The notes: generated by a model from the sequence alone, not told the origin. Counted from the first letter of the stretch, positions 28,492 to 37,908 are shown. The stretch: 64,000 nt of DNA from Candidatus Lustribacter sp. (GCA_965277805.1 OZ255842.1:1824001-1888000), one strand, 5' to 3'. Translations and numbers: made by a program.

Positions 28492-28967
28492 GCTTTGCGA
28501 CTCACGATCACGCTGGAGGTGCTCTTGGGTACGGTGCCGCGACGCTTATAGGTGCCGGTGGATTCCGTCATCGCGTCGTGGATCAGTTCGACGGTCTTGC
28601 GCAGCCGCTCCATGCCTGCCAGGATCAGCGCCTTGTTGTTGTTGACCGTAATCGCAAGCGAAATGCCCTTGATCGACATCTCGCGCGAAAGCTGTTGGAA
28701 CGGGCGCCGCATCGGGCCGGGCGCGTACGCGCACACTTGCTCGAGCGTGAGCTCACCGAAGCCGGCGACTTGCATCTGCAGCCGTTTGCGCCGCGCCTGC
28801 TGGTGCAGGATGCGGTGGCCTTCGAGCCGCCGTTCGCTGGCGTTGATCTTGTCGACGTCTTTCTGAACCAGCGCCTCGGTCATCGCGAGGGCAACGGTGT
28901 TCAGCTCGCCCAGAATCCGGCTCTCCTCCTGGAGGAGCACCCGGAAGCCATCCCAAGACGCGCTCAT
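28488..28967 (-). CDS. flgN: Export chaperone FlgN
   Basis: Helical protein between flgM and flgK; N..L..TY...G C-terminal pattern. Confidence 0.75.
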   Translation of the reverse strand: MSASWDGFRVLLQEESRILGELNTVALAMTEALVQKDVDKINASERRLEGHRILHQQARRKRLQMQVAGFGELTLEQVCAYAPGPMRRPFQQLSREMSIKGISLAITVNNNKALILAGMERLRKTVELIHDAMTESTGTYKRRGTVPKSTSSVIVSRKA

Positions 28968-29025
28968 GAGGATTCGCCCTTCTCCGAAGAGCGAATCCAC
29001 CTCGGCTCCGCCTCGTCACGTTGCC

Positions 29026-29334
29026 TTAAGCGGGCAACGCTTCCAGGACGAGCCGTCCCAGCAGCTTCTCGACGATCTGCTCTGAGGGCACGTAATACTT
29101 GCCCTGAGCGATGCGCTGCTGCAAATCTTTGACCAGGGCCTCGCGATACATCGGCTCCGCCGTCACGCTGGCCGCCATCTCGGCAAAGCTCGCCGCTTCC
29201 GACGAACCAACGTAGTCCACGTCCGGGATTGCATCCGTATCGTAAGAAACCGACTGGGCCGATTGCGCCTTTTTCTTGCGCATCGTCCGGTAGGCGGAAA
29301 CCGCCGATTCGATCTCGGCCCGGCTGATGATCAT
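29026..29334 (-). CDS. flgM: Anti-sigma28 factor FlgM
   Basis: REALVKDLQQRIAQGKYYVPSEQIVEKLL. Confidence 0.9.
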   Translation of the reverse strand: MIISRAEIESAVSAYRTMRKKKAQSAQSVSYDTDAIPDVDYVGSSEAASFAEMAASVTAEPMYREALVKDLQQRIAQGKYYVPSEQIVEKLLGRLVLEALPA

Positions 29335-29375
29335 GCCGCGAAAGCACCCCTTGCACTACGCCCTTGCTAGGGATA

Positions 29376-29403
29376 GTGTCGGAAGCTCGCATGGCCGACT
29401 TTA
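29376..29403 (-). promoter_or_regulatory. sigma28 promoter for flgM-flgN-flgK-flgL
   Basis: TAAA-N16-TCCGACAC; shares the TAAAGTC -35 with other sites. Confidence 0.7.
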
Positions 29404-29409
29404 GCGCCA

Positions 29410-29811
29410 TTACCGTTCATCCTCATTCGTCGGGCTCGAGATCGAGGGCGGGGCGGTCATTCCTGCCGGAAGCTGCGGGGTCGTCATCGAGGCCGGCAGG
29501 TTCGGGACCGTCTGGGTGCCGGCCAGCACTTGGGCCCGGAGCTGGTTCTCGATCATTTTGGCAATGCCGAACGAGCCGGTCTGCGCGATCGCGTCGGACT
29601 GCTTGTCGGCGAGCATGTCCTGCCACATCGATTCGGCGTTGGATTGCTTGCCGAGAATGCCGTCCTTGGGCACCGTGCTCTGCATCTCTTTATAGAGCAT
29701 CCCGACGAACACGCCTTCGAGCTGGGTCGCCGCGGCGTGCAGCTTCTTCAGCGCGGCCTGCTGGTCGGCGGTGAGCGGAGGCGACGGCGGGAGAGCTTTG
29801 AGCGGATCCAT
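29410..29811 (-). CDS. flgJ: FlgJ rod-binding domain protein (no muramidase domain)
   Basis: L..AATQLEGVFV.M..KEM..TVP, FGIAKMI..QL. Confidence 0.85.
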   Translation of the reverse strand: MDPLKALPPSPPLTADQQAALKKLHAAATQLEGVFVGMLYKEMQSTVPKDGILGKQSNAESMWQDMLADKQSDAIAQTGSFGIAKMIENQLRAQVLAGTQTVPNLPASMTTPQLPAGMTAPPSISSPTNEDER

Positions 29812-30944
29812 CAGATGATATCGATATCGGCTTGGAGGGAACCCGATTCGCGCAACGTCTGCACGATCGAGATCAAGTCACGCGGCGAGACGCCGATCGT
29901 GTTCAAGGCGCGAACGACCTGGCTTAGCGTACCGGCGCCGCTGATGTAGATCAGCTTGCGGCCGCTCTCCGACGTCTTAACCGTCGTGTTGGTCTGCGTC
30001 ACGGTCGGCGCGTTCGAGAACGGACCGGCCGGCACGGCGGTGTTCTGGGTCGCGATCGTGATCGAGAGGTTGCCGTGCGCGATCGCGACGGGCGCGAGCG
30101 TGATGTCGCCGCCCATGACGATCGTTCCGGTACGTTCGTTGATCACGACCTTGGCGAGCTGATCCGCATCGATCTTCAAATCGCCGGCGTCGGCGAGAAA
30201 CGAGACCGGATCGTTCACGTAGTGCGTGGGCAATATCACGCGGATCGTCGCCGCGTCGAGCGCATGCGCCGTACCGCCGCCGAAGCGCTTGTTGAGCGCG
30301 GCCACCGCGTGCGCCGCGGTCTTGTAGTCGGGGGTCGAGAGCACGTACGACAGACCGCTCGGATCCTGTTGCAGGTTCGTGATCATGTCGCGCGCGATGA
30401 CCGCCCCTTGCGGCACGCGTCCGGCAGTGACGAAATTCTTCGAGATCGAGTTGCCGGTGCCGGTGTCGGCCGAGAAGCCGCCGACCGAGATCGGTCCTTG
30501 CGCGGTTGCGTAGACGAGGTTGTTGGGACCGCGCAGCTCGGTGAGCACCAGCGTTCCGCCCTGCAGCGTGGTCGAATCGCCGAGCGCCGAGACGAGCACG
30601 TCGGCGTTGTCGCCGGAGTGCGCGAAGGGCGGCAGCTTCGCCGTCACCATGACGGCCGCGACATCGCGGGTGCGCACGTCGGTCGACGATGTCGAAAGGC
30701 CGAACGTCTGCAAGATGTTCTGAATCGTCTTGCTCGTGAAGAGCACCGAGGTCGAATCACCGGTCTGGTTGAGGCCGACCACGATGCCGTAGCCGATCAG
30801 CTGGTTCGCGGTGACGCCTTGCACGTTGGCGATGTCTTTGAGCAGCACGCCCTGCGCCGACACGCGCGCCGGCAGCGCGACGAGCAGCGCCAGCATCGCG
30901 AGCGTGAGGACGGCGGCGAGGTTACGCTTCATCGTCGCCATCAT
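29811..30944 (-). CDS. flgI: Flagellar P-ring protein FlgI
   Basis: NQLIGYGIVVGL..TGD, AAVMVTA.LPPF, LQGGTL, AKVVINERTGTIV. Confidence 0.97.
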   Translation of the reverse strand: MMATMKRNLAAVLTLAMLALLVALPARVSAQGVLLKDIANVQGVTANQLIGYGIVVGLNQTGDSTSVLFTSKTIQNILQTFGLSTSSTDVRTRDVAAVMVTAKLPPFAHSGDNADVLVSALGDSTTLQGGTLVLTELRGPNNLVYATAQGPISVGGFSADTGTGNSISKNFVTAGRVPQGAVIARDMITNLQQDPSGLSYVLSTPDYKTAAHAVAALNKRFGGGTAHALDAATIRVILPTHYVNDPVSFLADAGDLKIDADQLAKVVINERTGTIVMGGDITLAPVAIAHGNLSITIATQNTAVPAGPFSNAPTVTQTNTTVKTSESGRKLIYISGAGTLSQVVRALNTIGVSPRDLISIVQTLRESGSLQADIDII

Positions 30945-31543
30945 CCGAAAAAGAACCCGATGATTTTTTGCAAGATGCCCCGGTTCTTCTCTTGGGTGTC
31001 GATGCCGCTGAACTTCGCATCGATGTTTGCAACCAGCGAGGAGAGCACGCTATCGGTGTTGTCGATGTCCTCGCCGCGGATCGTGCCGGTGACGTGCAGC
31101 GCTTGCGGCACGCCGTTGATCGTCAGCTTTTGATCGCCGGCGACTTGCATCGCGCCGCTCGGCAGCACGTTCGTTACGACGGCCGTCATCGAGCTCGTGA
31201 AGGTCTGCACGATCGTTTGCGTCTTGGCAAGGCCGGTGTTGCTGCCGGCGCCGAGGCTGCCGGGAAGCCGCAAGATCGGCAGGTTGAAGAGTCCCGTGCC
31301 GCCCGCGATCGTGTTGCTGTAGGTGTTGGCCGTCGTCGATGCGTCCGAGTTATTGGCGCTGCCGTTGAAGTTGAAGACGATGTGAACCAAGTCGCCGACT
31401 TGCGTGGCGCGGTGATCGGCACCGAGGTGCATCGGATGACCGGGAGCCGCCGCCGGTGGACCGGCAACGTAGAGCGTGTCGGCGGCCGCGGGACCGGCCA
31501 GAGCCAGCACCGCAGCGGCGACGAGCGACGCCTGCTTGATCAT
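30941..31543 (-). CDS. flgH: Flagellar L-ring protein FlgH
   Basis: D.RA..VGDLVHI, V..VLPSG, GTIR.EDI, S..VAN; between flgA and flgI. Confidence 0.9.
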   Translation of the reverse strand: MIKQASLVAAAVLALAGPAAADTLYVAGPPAAAPGHPMHLGADHRATQVGDLVHIVFNFNGSANNSDASTTANTYSNTIAGGTGLFNLPILRLPGSLGAGSNTGLAKTQTIVQTFTSSMTAVVTNVLPSGAMQVAGDQKLTINGVPQALHVTGTIRGEDIDNTDSVLSSLVANIDAKFSGIDTQEKNRGILQKIIGFFFG

Positions 31544-32283
31544 TCGGCTTCTTCTCCTTCGGGGAGGGTGAGTTCGACGCGGTTCGGACCAGTGACGGTT
31601 CCGGAGAGAATGCGATTGGTCTGCGAGTTGTACACGGTGACCGACTCGCCGAGGCCGCCGCCGGTTCGCGCGATCACATCAGCTGTGAGCGCGACGGGGC
31701 CATCGTGAACGACGAGAATCGCGCCCGCACCGGCCTTGACCAGTTCGTTGACCGAGGTCTGCTCGACGAAGATCTGCTGGCCGCGCGGCGTTGCGACGCG
31801 AACCTTGCGGCCCACCAGCGACGCGATGTCGACCGACGGACGGCCGTTCGAGAGCACGCGCGCGAGCGTTAGATCGTCGGCAGCAAGCAGCGCGCCCGGG
31901 GTGAGATCGTGCGCGGCCACCGCGGTGTGAATGTACTGCTGCACGCGATAACCGCTGGTGACGGTCTTCGCAACGCGGCCGTCGACCACGAGCTGCACCG
32001 GCACCGCGATGTACGTTGCGTACACCATCGGCGGGAGCGGCGTGATCTCGACCTTGCCGAGCGGCACCGACTGATCGGCCAGATGAAACGCCGGCGTGAC
32101 CGCACGGTCGGCGTCGTGGATCAGGCCGCCGGCGAGCTTGTCGGTGACGGCGCTGATCTGCGCTCCGCTGACGTTCTGCGTGACCAGCGGCGCCAGCGCC
32201 ACCGTCGACGCCGCAAATGCTGCGGCCGTCGTGGTGCAAACCACGAGCGGCAGGAGCATGACGGCGAGGAAGCGGCGCAGCAT
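31540..32283 (-). CDS. flgA: P-ring assembly chaperone FlgA
   Basis: Signal peptide, SAF-like domain, LVKAG..G..GESVTVYN..T.RIL.G.V. Confidence 0.85.
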   Translation of the reverse strand: MLRRFLAVMLLPLVVCTTTAAAFAASTVALAPLVTQNVSGAQISAVTDKLAGGLIHDADRAVTPAFHLADQSVPLGKVEITPLPPMVYATYIAVPVQLVVDGRVAKTVTSGYRVQQYIHTAVAAHDLTPGALLAADDLTLARVLSNGRPSVDIASLVGRKVRVATPRGQQIFVEQTSVNELVKAGAGAILVVHDGPVALTADVIARTGGGLGESVTVYNSQTNRILSGTVTGPNRVELTLPEGEEAE

Positions 32284-32288
32284 CGGCG

Positions 32289-33077
32289 CTATTGCGCTTT
32301 CGTATTGACCGCGGTCGCGAGCACTTGGTCGGCAGTCGAAACGGCTTTGGAGTTCGCTTCGAACGCGCGCTGCGCGGTGATCAGGTTGACGATCTCGGTC
32401 ACGACCGAGACGTTGCTCTGCTCGAGGTAGCCGCCCTGGATCGAACCCGTGCCGTTGAGCTGCGGGGCCGAGATCTGCGGTGCGCCCGAGGCGGCCGTTT
32501 GGATGTACAAGTTCTGGCCCTGCGGCGAGAGACCGGCCGGGTTCGAGAAGCGCACGAGCGTGATTTGTCCCAGCTGCGTCGGCGCCAGCTGACCGGGCGT
32601 CAACGCGGTTACGGTTCCGTCTTGCCCGACCGCGATTTGCGTTGCATTGGCCGGAACCGTGATTTGCGGGCTGAGGAAGTAGCCGTCGGCGGTGACGATC
32701 GAACCGTTGGAGTCCTTCTTGAACGAACCGTCACGCGTGTAGGCGGACGTGCCGTCCGGCAGCGTCACTTGGAAGAACCCGTCGCCCTCGATCGCGAGAT
32801 CGAGCGGGTTGGAGGTCTGCTGCAGCACGCCTTGCGTGAATTCTTTTTCCGACGCACCGATCTTCACACCCAAGCCGACGTCTTGACCGACGGCGATCTG
32901 CGAAGCACCGACCGGCGTACCGGGCGCGCGCAGTTGCTGGTAGATCAAGTCCTGGAAATGCGCCAGGTTGTCGCGGAAGCCGGTGGTGTTGACGTTCGCC
33001 AAGTTGTTGGAGATCGTATCGATGTTGTACTGTTGGGCGATCATGCCGCTGGCAGCGGTGAAGAGTGCACGCATCAT
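32289..33077 (-). CDS. flgG: Distal rod protein FlgG
   Basis: MMRALFTAASGM.AQQ, NNLANVNTTGF, DLAIEGDGFF, YTRDGSF, LEQSNV. Confidence 0.97.
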   Translation of the reverse strand: MMRALFTAASGMIAQQYNIDTISNNLANVNTTGFRDNLAHFQDLIYQQLRAPGTPVGASQIAVGQDVGLGVKIGASEKEFTQGVLQQTSNPLDLAIEGDGFFQVTLPDGTSAYTRDGSFKKDSNGSIVTADGYFLSPQITVPANATQIAVGQDGTVTALTPGQLAPTQLGQITLVRFSNPAGLSPQGQNLYIQTAASGAPQISAPQLNGTGSIQGGYLEQSNVSVVTEIVNLITAQRAFEANSKAVSTADQVLATAVNTKAQ

Positions 33078-33096
33078 GGTGGGTTAAAGACTCCCT

Positions 33097-33894
33097 TTAG
33101 CTGTTGTGGCCGACGGTCGCGATCGCCTGATTGGTGGCGTCGTCTTGGGTCTGGATACTCTTTTCGTTGGCATCGAACCAACGCTCGGCGTTGATGAGGT
33201 CGACGATCGACTTCACGACATCGCCGTTGCTCTTTTCTTCCGAGTACTGAAGCACGTTGGTGCGCGAGGCGGGCCGGAGACCGGCGTCTTGGCCGGCGAT
33301 GTAGCCGGTCGCGCCCTGCGGCTGCAGCGCGTTGACGTTGTTGAATTCGAACACGCCGATGTTGCCGCTCGTCACGCCGTCGACGTTGATCGCGCCGTCG
33401 GTGCCGACTTCGATCTTACCGAGCGCGGGCATCGGGATCGAATGACCGGCGGCATCGAGCACGGTCTTGCCGTCGACGGTCGCGAGCGTGCCGTCTGCGG
33501 CGCGCATGAACGAACCGTCGCGCGTGTACTGGATCTGGCCCGTGGCGGGATCTTGGACGGCGAAGAAGCCCGGCCCCGAAAGCGCGAACGAGAACGTGTT
33601 GCCGTTCATCGCGATCTGGCCTTGCTCGAAGTTGGTCGGCGTCGCGTAGACGTCCGAACCATTGCCGAGCGGCCCGATCGGAACTTGCGCGGAAACGCCC
33701 GGCAAACGGTTGAGCGGATTCTGACCGGGATCCGTTTGGAACCGGTAGAGCTGCTGCATGGGCTGCGACTCGATCTGCAGCAACGTGCGTTTGAAACCAT
33801 TGGTCGACGAGTTTGCGAGATTATTCGAAACGTTGTCGATCATGGCTTCCGCAACCATTGCGCCGGCCGCTGAAGTGTATAACCCGCGAATCAA
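33097..33894 (-). CDS. flgF: Rod protein FlgF (FlhO-like)
   Basis: TTG start with SD GGAGGGG; IRGLYTSAAG, NNLANSSTNGFK, YTRDGSF, EKSN. Confidence 0.88.
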   Translation of the reverse strand: MIRGLYTSAAGAMVAEAMIDNVSNNLANSSTNGFKRTLLQIESQPMQQLYRFQTDPGQNPLNRLPGVSAQVPIGPLGNGSDVYATPTNFEQGQIAMNGNTFSFALSGPGFFAVQDPATGQIQYTRDGSFMRAADGTLATVDGKTVLDAAGHSIPMPALGKIEVGTDGAINVDGVTSGNIGVFEFNNVNALQPQGATGYIAGQDAGLRPASRTNVLQYSEEKSNGDVVKSIVDLINAERWFDANEKSIQTQDDATNQAIATVGHNS

Positions 33895-34013
33895 AAGAAA
33901 AACCCCTCCGCACACCAGGTTGCCGCCGTTACCGGGCGACCACGAAACCGTCAATCAATCGGGTTCCGTCGCGGCCCCCACCGTGCGAGGGTAGTCCAGC
34001 CGCGCTATATGTA

Positions 34014-34040
34014 GCATCGGCATCTGGCCCGCCGACTTTA
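34014..34040 (-). promoter_or_regulatory. sigma28 promoter for flgF-G-A-H-I-J
   Basis: TAAA-N15-GCCGATGC. Confidence 0.85.
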
Positions 34041-34053
34041 GGGCCCTCTATAG

Positions 34054-34085
34054 CAAGAGCCCCCCGGCGGACCGGAGGGCTCTTG
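34054..34085 (-). terminator. Strong hairpin downstream of fliE (probable terminator, weak U-tract)
   Basis: CAAGAGCCCTCCGG-TCCG-CCGGGGGGCTCTTG on the minus strand. Confidence 0.7.
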
Positions 34086-34114
34086 AGAGGGTGGCCGCCC
34101 GGAGGCGAAGCGCC

Positions 34115-34459
34115 CTACACCTGAAGGCGGGAGATTTCCGAGTACGCGTCCAGCAGCTTGGTGCGGATCGACATCATGTATTGCATTGCGAGGTTGGCTT
34201 CCTCGACCGAGGTGACGACCTTCTGGATGTCGCCGGTGGCGCCGGTGGCCAGATCGCGCATGTTGTCGTCGGAGGTGTTCAGCTTGTCGTTGACGTCGCC
34301 GAGCATCTTCTGGAGCGTATTCTTGAAGGTGACGTTGGGGTCGGCAGCCGCACCCGGGATCGCCGAGACCTCGGGGCTCTCGTCGGACTTCTTCGTCCCG
34401 CCGATGTCGGGGACGAAGCTCGCCGGAGTGATGCTGCTGAGGGCGCCTGCGTAGTCCAC
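34115..34459 (-). CDS. fliE: Hook-basal body protein FliE
   Basis: F...L..VN, LATG...DI, IRTKLLDAYSEISRLQV. Confidence 0.93.
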   Translation of the reverse strand: MDYAGALSSITPASFVPDIGGTKKSDESPEVSAIPGAAADPNVTFKNTLQKMLGDVNDKLNTSDDNMRDLATGATGDIQKVVTSVEEANLAMQYMMSIRTKLLDAYSEISRLQV

Positions 34460-34461
34460 GA

Positions 34462-34923
34462 TCAGCTCTTCAACAGGTTCAGGGCGGCGCTGCCCATGCT
34501 GCGCGACTCGGAGATCGCCGTGACGTTGGCTTGGTACGCGCGGGAGGCGGCGATCATGTCGACCATCTCTTTGACCACGTCGATGTTGGGCATGTGAACG
34601 TAGCCGTTGGCGTCGGCGTCGGGATGGGTCGGGTCGTAGACCATGCGGTCGGGGCCCGGATCGCTCATGATGCCGACGGCCGAGACGCCGTCGCGGGACT
34701 TGCCCGGGTCGGTCGCGTCGTCGTTATCGAGCGGATCCATATCCGGATCGTTCGTCTGTTCTTGCTTCTGCGCGAAGATGACCAGCTGGCGCTTGAAGGC
34801 ACCGCCTTCGGGCGTACGCGTCGTGTTCACGTTGGCGAGGTTGTTCGCGATGACGTCCATCGCGAGGCGTTCGGCGGAGAGACCGGACGCGCTGACCTCG
34901 ATCGAGCTGTACATACCGGGCAT
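34462..34923 (-). CDS. flgC: Rod protein FlgC
   Basis: SASGLSAER, NLANVNTTRT, YDPTHPDAD..GYV.MPN, SRAYQAN. Confidence 0.97.
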   Translation of the reverse strand: MPGMYSSIEVSASGLSAERLAMDVIANNLANVNTTRTPEGGAFKRQLVIFAQKQEQTNDPDMDPLDNDDATDPGKSRDGVSAVGIMSDPGPDRMVYDPTHPDADANGYVHMPNIDVVKEMVDMIAASRAYQANVTAISESRSMGSAALNLLKS

Positions 34924-34926
34924 GTG

Positions 34927-35382
34927 TTAGGCCTTCTCCTCAATCGCTTCGCGAATACGCGAGTACTGTTGCGAAAGCAACGCGTGCATGGTCTGAGAAT
35001 ACGAGGAATTTATTGACAATTTCGCCATTTCCTGATCGAGGTCGACGTTCGAACCGTCGACGCGCATCTGCTGCGTGTCGTCGATGCTGGTCGTCACCTT
35101 GAACGGCTGCGGCTCGAAATCAGGTCCGGCCGGTATCTGCTTGTTGTCGTCCGTCACGAGCGCGAGCTCGGAGGAATCGTCATAGCGCGGCAGCTCGGCC
35201 GCGAGCGCTTCGCGGAAGTCGACGTCCGACCGTTTGAAGCCCGGCGTGTTGATGTTCGCGATGTTGTTCGCGATCGCGTCATGGGTCTGGCGCGCACCCG
35301 TACCGGCATCTTTCAGCATGGTAATGGTTTGGCCGAACATCGAAGACGCGCCGACTGGGGCGTCCATAGACATGTCGCTCAT
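34927..35382 (-). CDS. flgB: Rod protein FlgB
   Basis: IANNIANINTPGFKRSDVDF, RVDGSNVDLDQEM. Confidence 0.95.
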   Translation of the reverse strand: MSDMSMDAPVGASSMFGQTITMLKDAGTGARQTHDAIANNIANINTPGFKRSDVDFREALAAELPRYDDSSELALVTDDNKQIPAGPDFEPQPFKVTTSIDDTQQMRVDGSNVDLDQEMAKLSINSSYSQTMHALLSQQYSRIREAIEEKA

Positions 35383-35390
35383 CTATTGGT

Positions 35391-35417
35391 TCTTCGGCGT
35401 CCGCGGCTCGAATCTTA
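35391..35417 (-). promoter_or_regulatory. sigma28 promoter for flgB-flgC-fliE (probably leaderless)
   Basis: TAAG-N15-GCCGAAGA, then 8 nt to ATG 35382. Confidence 0.75.
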
Positions 35418-35443
35418 GCGCGTACCACTCCGTTGAGGGAGCT

Positions 35444-37213
35444 TTACACACTGAATTGAGCGGCGTGGAGCCCGGCGTAGGAGCCGCCGGAGGCCAGCAA
35501 AGCGTCGTGGGTCCCGGTCTCGCGGACCTCGCCGCTCTCGATATAGAGGATCTTGGTGGCGCGGCGGATCGTCGAGAGGCGGTGCGCGATGATCAGCGTC
35601 GTCCGGCCCGGGAGTATACGATCGAGCGCTTCCTCGATCAGGTGCTCGGAATGACTGTCCAGGGCGCTGGTGGCCTCGTCGAGGATTAGGATGCGGGGGT
35701 CGCGCAGGATCGCGCGGGCGATCGCGACCCGCTGGCGCTGGCCGCCCGAGAGCCGCACCCCGCGCTCGCCGACCCGGGTGTTGTAGCCGTCGGGCAGCGA
35801 CGAGACGAACTCGGCAACGTTGGCCTCGCGGGCCGCGGCCAGCACCTCGTCGTCGGTTGCCTCGAGGCGGCCGTAGCGGATGTTGTCGGCGATCGTGCCG
35901 TTGAAGAGCTGGGTCTCTTGCGGCACGAGGGCGATCGCCCCGCGCAGGTCGTCGAGGCGCACGCCGGCGATGTCGACCCCGTCGAGCGTGATGCGGCCGC
36001 CCTGGGGAGCATAGAAGCGCGGCACCAAGTTGGCGATGGTCGACTTGCCGGCGCCCGACGGCCCGACGAGCGCCACGATCTCGCCGTGCAGCATCTCGGC
36101 CGTGAAGCCGTCGAGCACCGGCGGGCCGTCGGGGCTATAGGCGAAGCGCACGTTCTCGAAGCGCACGTCGCCGACGATCGCCGGCATACGCACCGCGCCC
36201 GGCGGATCGTCGGCTTCGATCGGCAGATCGAGGACCTCGAACACGCGTGAGGCGCCGACCAGCGCGCGCGAGAAATCACCTAGGAAGATCGAGAACCGGT
36301 TCATCGGGTTGATCGTCAGCGCCATCGCGCCGAAGAACGCGATCGCTTGGGCCGGCGCGATGCGGCCCGCGCCGATTTCGCTCACCACCATCACGACGAT
36401 GACGATGATCGCGAGCGAGACGATCGTCGCGATCACCGGCGACTGCGTTTGGTTGAGCTGCGTGACCTTCATCTGCGCGCCGAAGTAGGCGTCGTTGGCG
36501 CTCGCGAAGCGGTCGCGCTCGAAGTTCTCGCGGCGGAACGCCTTGACCACGCGCTGATTTCCCAGCACTTCGGCGAGGTTCGAGGAGACGTCGGCGATGC
36601 GTTCCTGCGCCATGCGCGTGCTGACGGTGACCAGTTTGTTAAACCGGCCGATGACGATCGAGACGACCGGCGTGCAGGCCAGCAGCACGATCGCAAGTAC
36701 CCAGTCGAGCGAGACCATCCAGGCGACCGCGGCGACGAACGTGACCGTGACCTGCACCATCTGCGGCAGCGAGATGCTCACCGCGTCGATCATCAGCCCA
36801 AGGTCGATCGAAAAGCGCGACATGAATTCGCCCGGGCGCCAGCGATCGTAATCCGCCAGCGACATGCGATTGACGTGATCGAACATGCGCGCGCGCAGCG
36901 AGGCGATCATGCGCTGACCGGCCCACGCGGTCATGTAGCTCTGGCCGTAGCCGGCCAAGTTTCCGATGACCTGCGAGATGAAGATCACGCCGCAGACGAT
37001 CCACAGCGCGGTCCAATCGATGTATGTCGGCAGCGTGACGCCGTGAACGACCGGCTGGTAGTGGATGACCCGCGTCATCAGCAAGCCCGGCAGCTGCAAG
37101 AGCACCGTCGGCGCGATGCCGGCGATCACACCGAGAAGCATCGCCACCCCGACGCGGCCGAGATACGGCCGCGCCTCCAAGTAGATGCGATGCAGGACCA
37201 CCGAGCGTTCCAC
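35444..37213 (-). CDS. MsbA-like ABC exporter (fused permease/ATPase)
   Basis: TM domain plus GPSGAGKST, LSGGQRQR, LILDEATS; GTG 37213 preferred as start. Confidence 0.92.
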   Translation of the reverse strand: MERSVVLHRIYLEARPYLGRVGVAMLLGVIAGIAPTVLLQLPGLLMTRVIHYQPVVHGVTLPTYIDWTALWIVCGVIFISQVIGNLAGYGQSYMTAWAGQRMIASLRARMFDHVNRMSLADYDRWRPGEFMSRFSIDLGLMIDAVSISLPQMVQVTVTFVAAVAWMVSLDWVLAIVLLACTPVVSIVIGRFNKLVTVSTRMAQERIADVSSNLAEVLGNQRVVKAFRRENFERDRFASANDAYFGAQMKVTQLNQTQSPVIATIVSLAIIVIVVMVVSEIGAGRIAPAQAIAFFGAMALTINPMNRFSIFLGDFSRALVGASRVFEVLDLPIEADDPPGAVRMPAIVGDVRFENVRFAYSPDGPPVLDGFTAEMLHGEIVALVGPSGAGKSTIANLVPRFYAPQGGRITLDGVDIAGVRLDDLRGAIALVPQETQLFNGTIADNIRYGRLEATDDEVLAAAREANVAEFVSSLPDGYNTRVGERGVRLSGGQRQRVAIARAILRDPRILILDEATSALDSHSEHLIEEALDRILPGRTTLIIAHRLSTIRRATKILYIESGEVRETGTHDALLASGGSYAGLHAAQFSV

Positions 37214-37296
37214 GCCTCGCGCTTTGCGCGCCAAGCGGCGAAACCTTCGCTGCGGTCGCCCGGTACATGCGACGAAACCCGATGGGAGGCCAAAGC

Positions 37297-37908
37297 GTGG
37301 ACTGTTATTTTCATCATGCGGTGCCGTCCGTGGCCCGCTGCGCGGACTGCGGTAAGTCGATTTGCGCGACGTGCCGCGACGAGCAGGGTGCCTGCCCGAG
37401 CTGCCGTCTCGCCGCGCGAATCGACCAAGCCGCCGCGCAGCGGCAAACCCTGGCAGGCGGCGTCGGGCCGTCGTCCAAGGCGAGCGCCGGCCACGACGAT
37501 GCGAACGAGTGGCGCCGGCAGTGGCAGTCCAGCGCGCCCACACCGCCGCCGCAGCGCTCGACGGCCGTGGCCAACGTGCGGCCCGAGTCGCGCGCGCTCG
37601 TTGCGCTCGGCTACCCGTTCTGGCCGCTCGCGCTAATCGCGCTCTTCGACCGGTCGGGCTCGAACTTCGTCCGCCGCAACGCGTGGCAGGCGCTCGGGTT
37701 CAACGCCGGCATGTACGGGCTCGGCTGGCTGTTTTCATCGATCGCGATGATCCCGTTGATCGGCATGTCGGCCTGGCCGCTGCTGCCGTTCATCGTGCCG
37801 GTCACGATCGTCGCGAGCGTGGTCTACGCCATCAAGGTGTGGCATGGTGACGACGTGCACGTGCCGTTTGTCTCGGAGATCGTCGACCAGAAGCTCTCGC
37901 CGAGCTAG
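37297..37908 (+). CDS. B-box-like zinc finger plus DUF4870-type membrane domain protein
   Basis: CYFH..C..CGKSIC..C..CPSC; ALGY..FVRRNAWQAL and TM helices; SD GGAGG. Confidence 0.75.
   Translation: MDCYFHHAVPSVARCADCGKSICATCRDEQGACPSCRLAARIDQAAAQRQTLAGGVGPSSKASAGHDDANEWRRQWQSSAPTPPPQRSTAVANVRPESRALVALGYPFWPLALIALFDRSGSNFVRRNAWQALGFNAGMYGLGWLFSSIAMIPLIGMSAWPLLPFIVPVTIVASVVYAIKVWHGDDVHVPFVSEIVDQKLSPS

Noticed and set aside
33895-34010. c-di-GMP riboswitch call for the flgF leader
   Set aside because: No GNRA tetraloop/receptor or GCAAA-type consensus visible; kept only as an unassigned structured leader
37214-37543. Long N-terminal extensions in the ORF track (ABC exporter; also rmlC-like, csrA, GNAT 49806, ATP-grasp 49596)
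   Set aside because: They overlap neighbouring real genes; downstream starts fit family N-termini better
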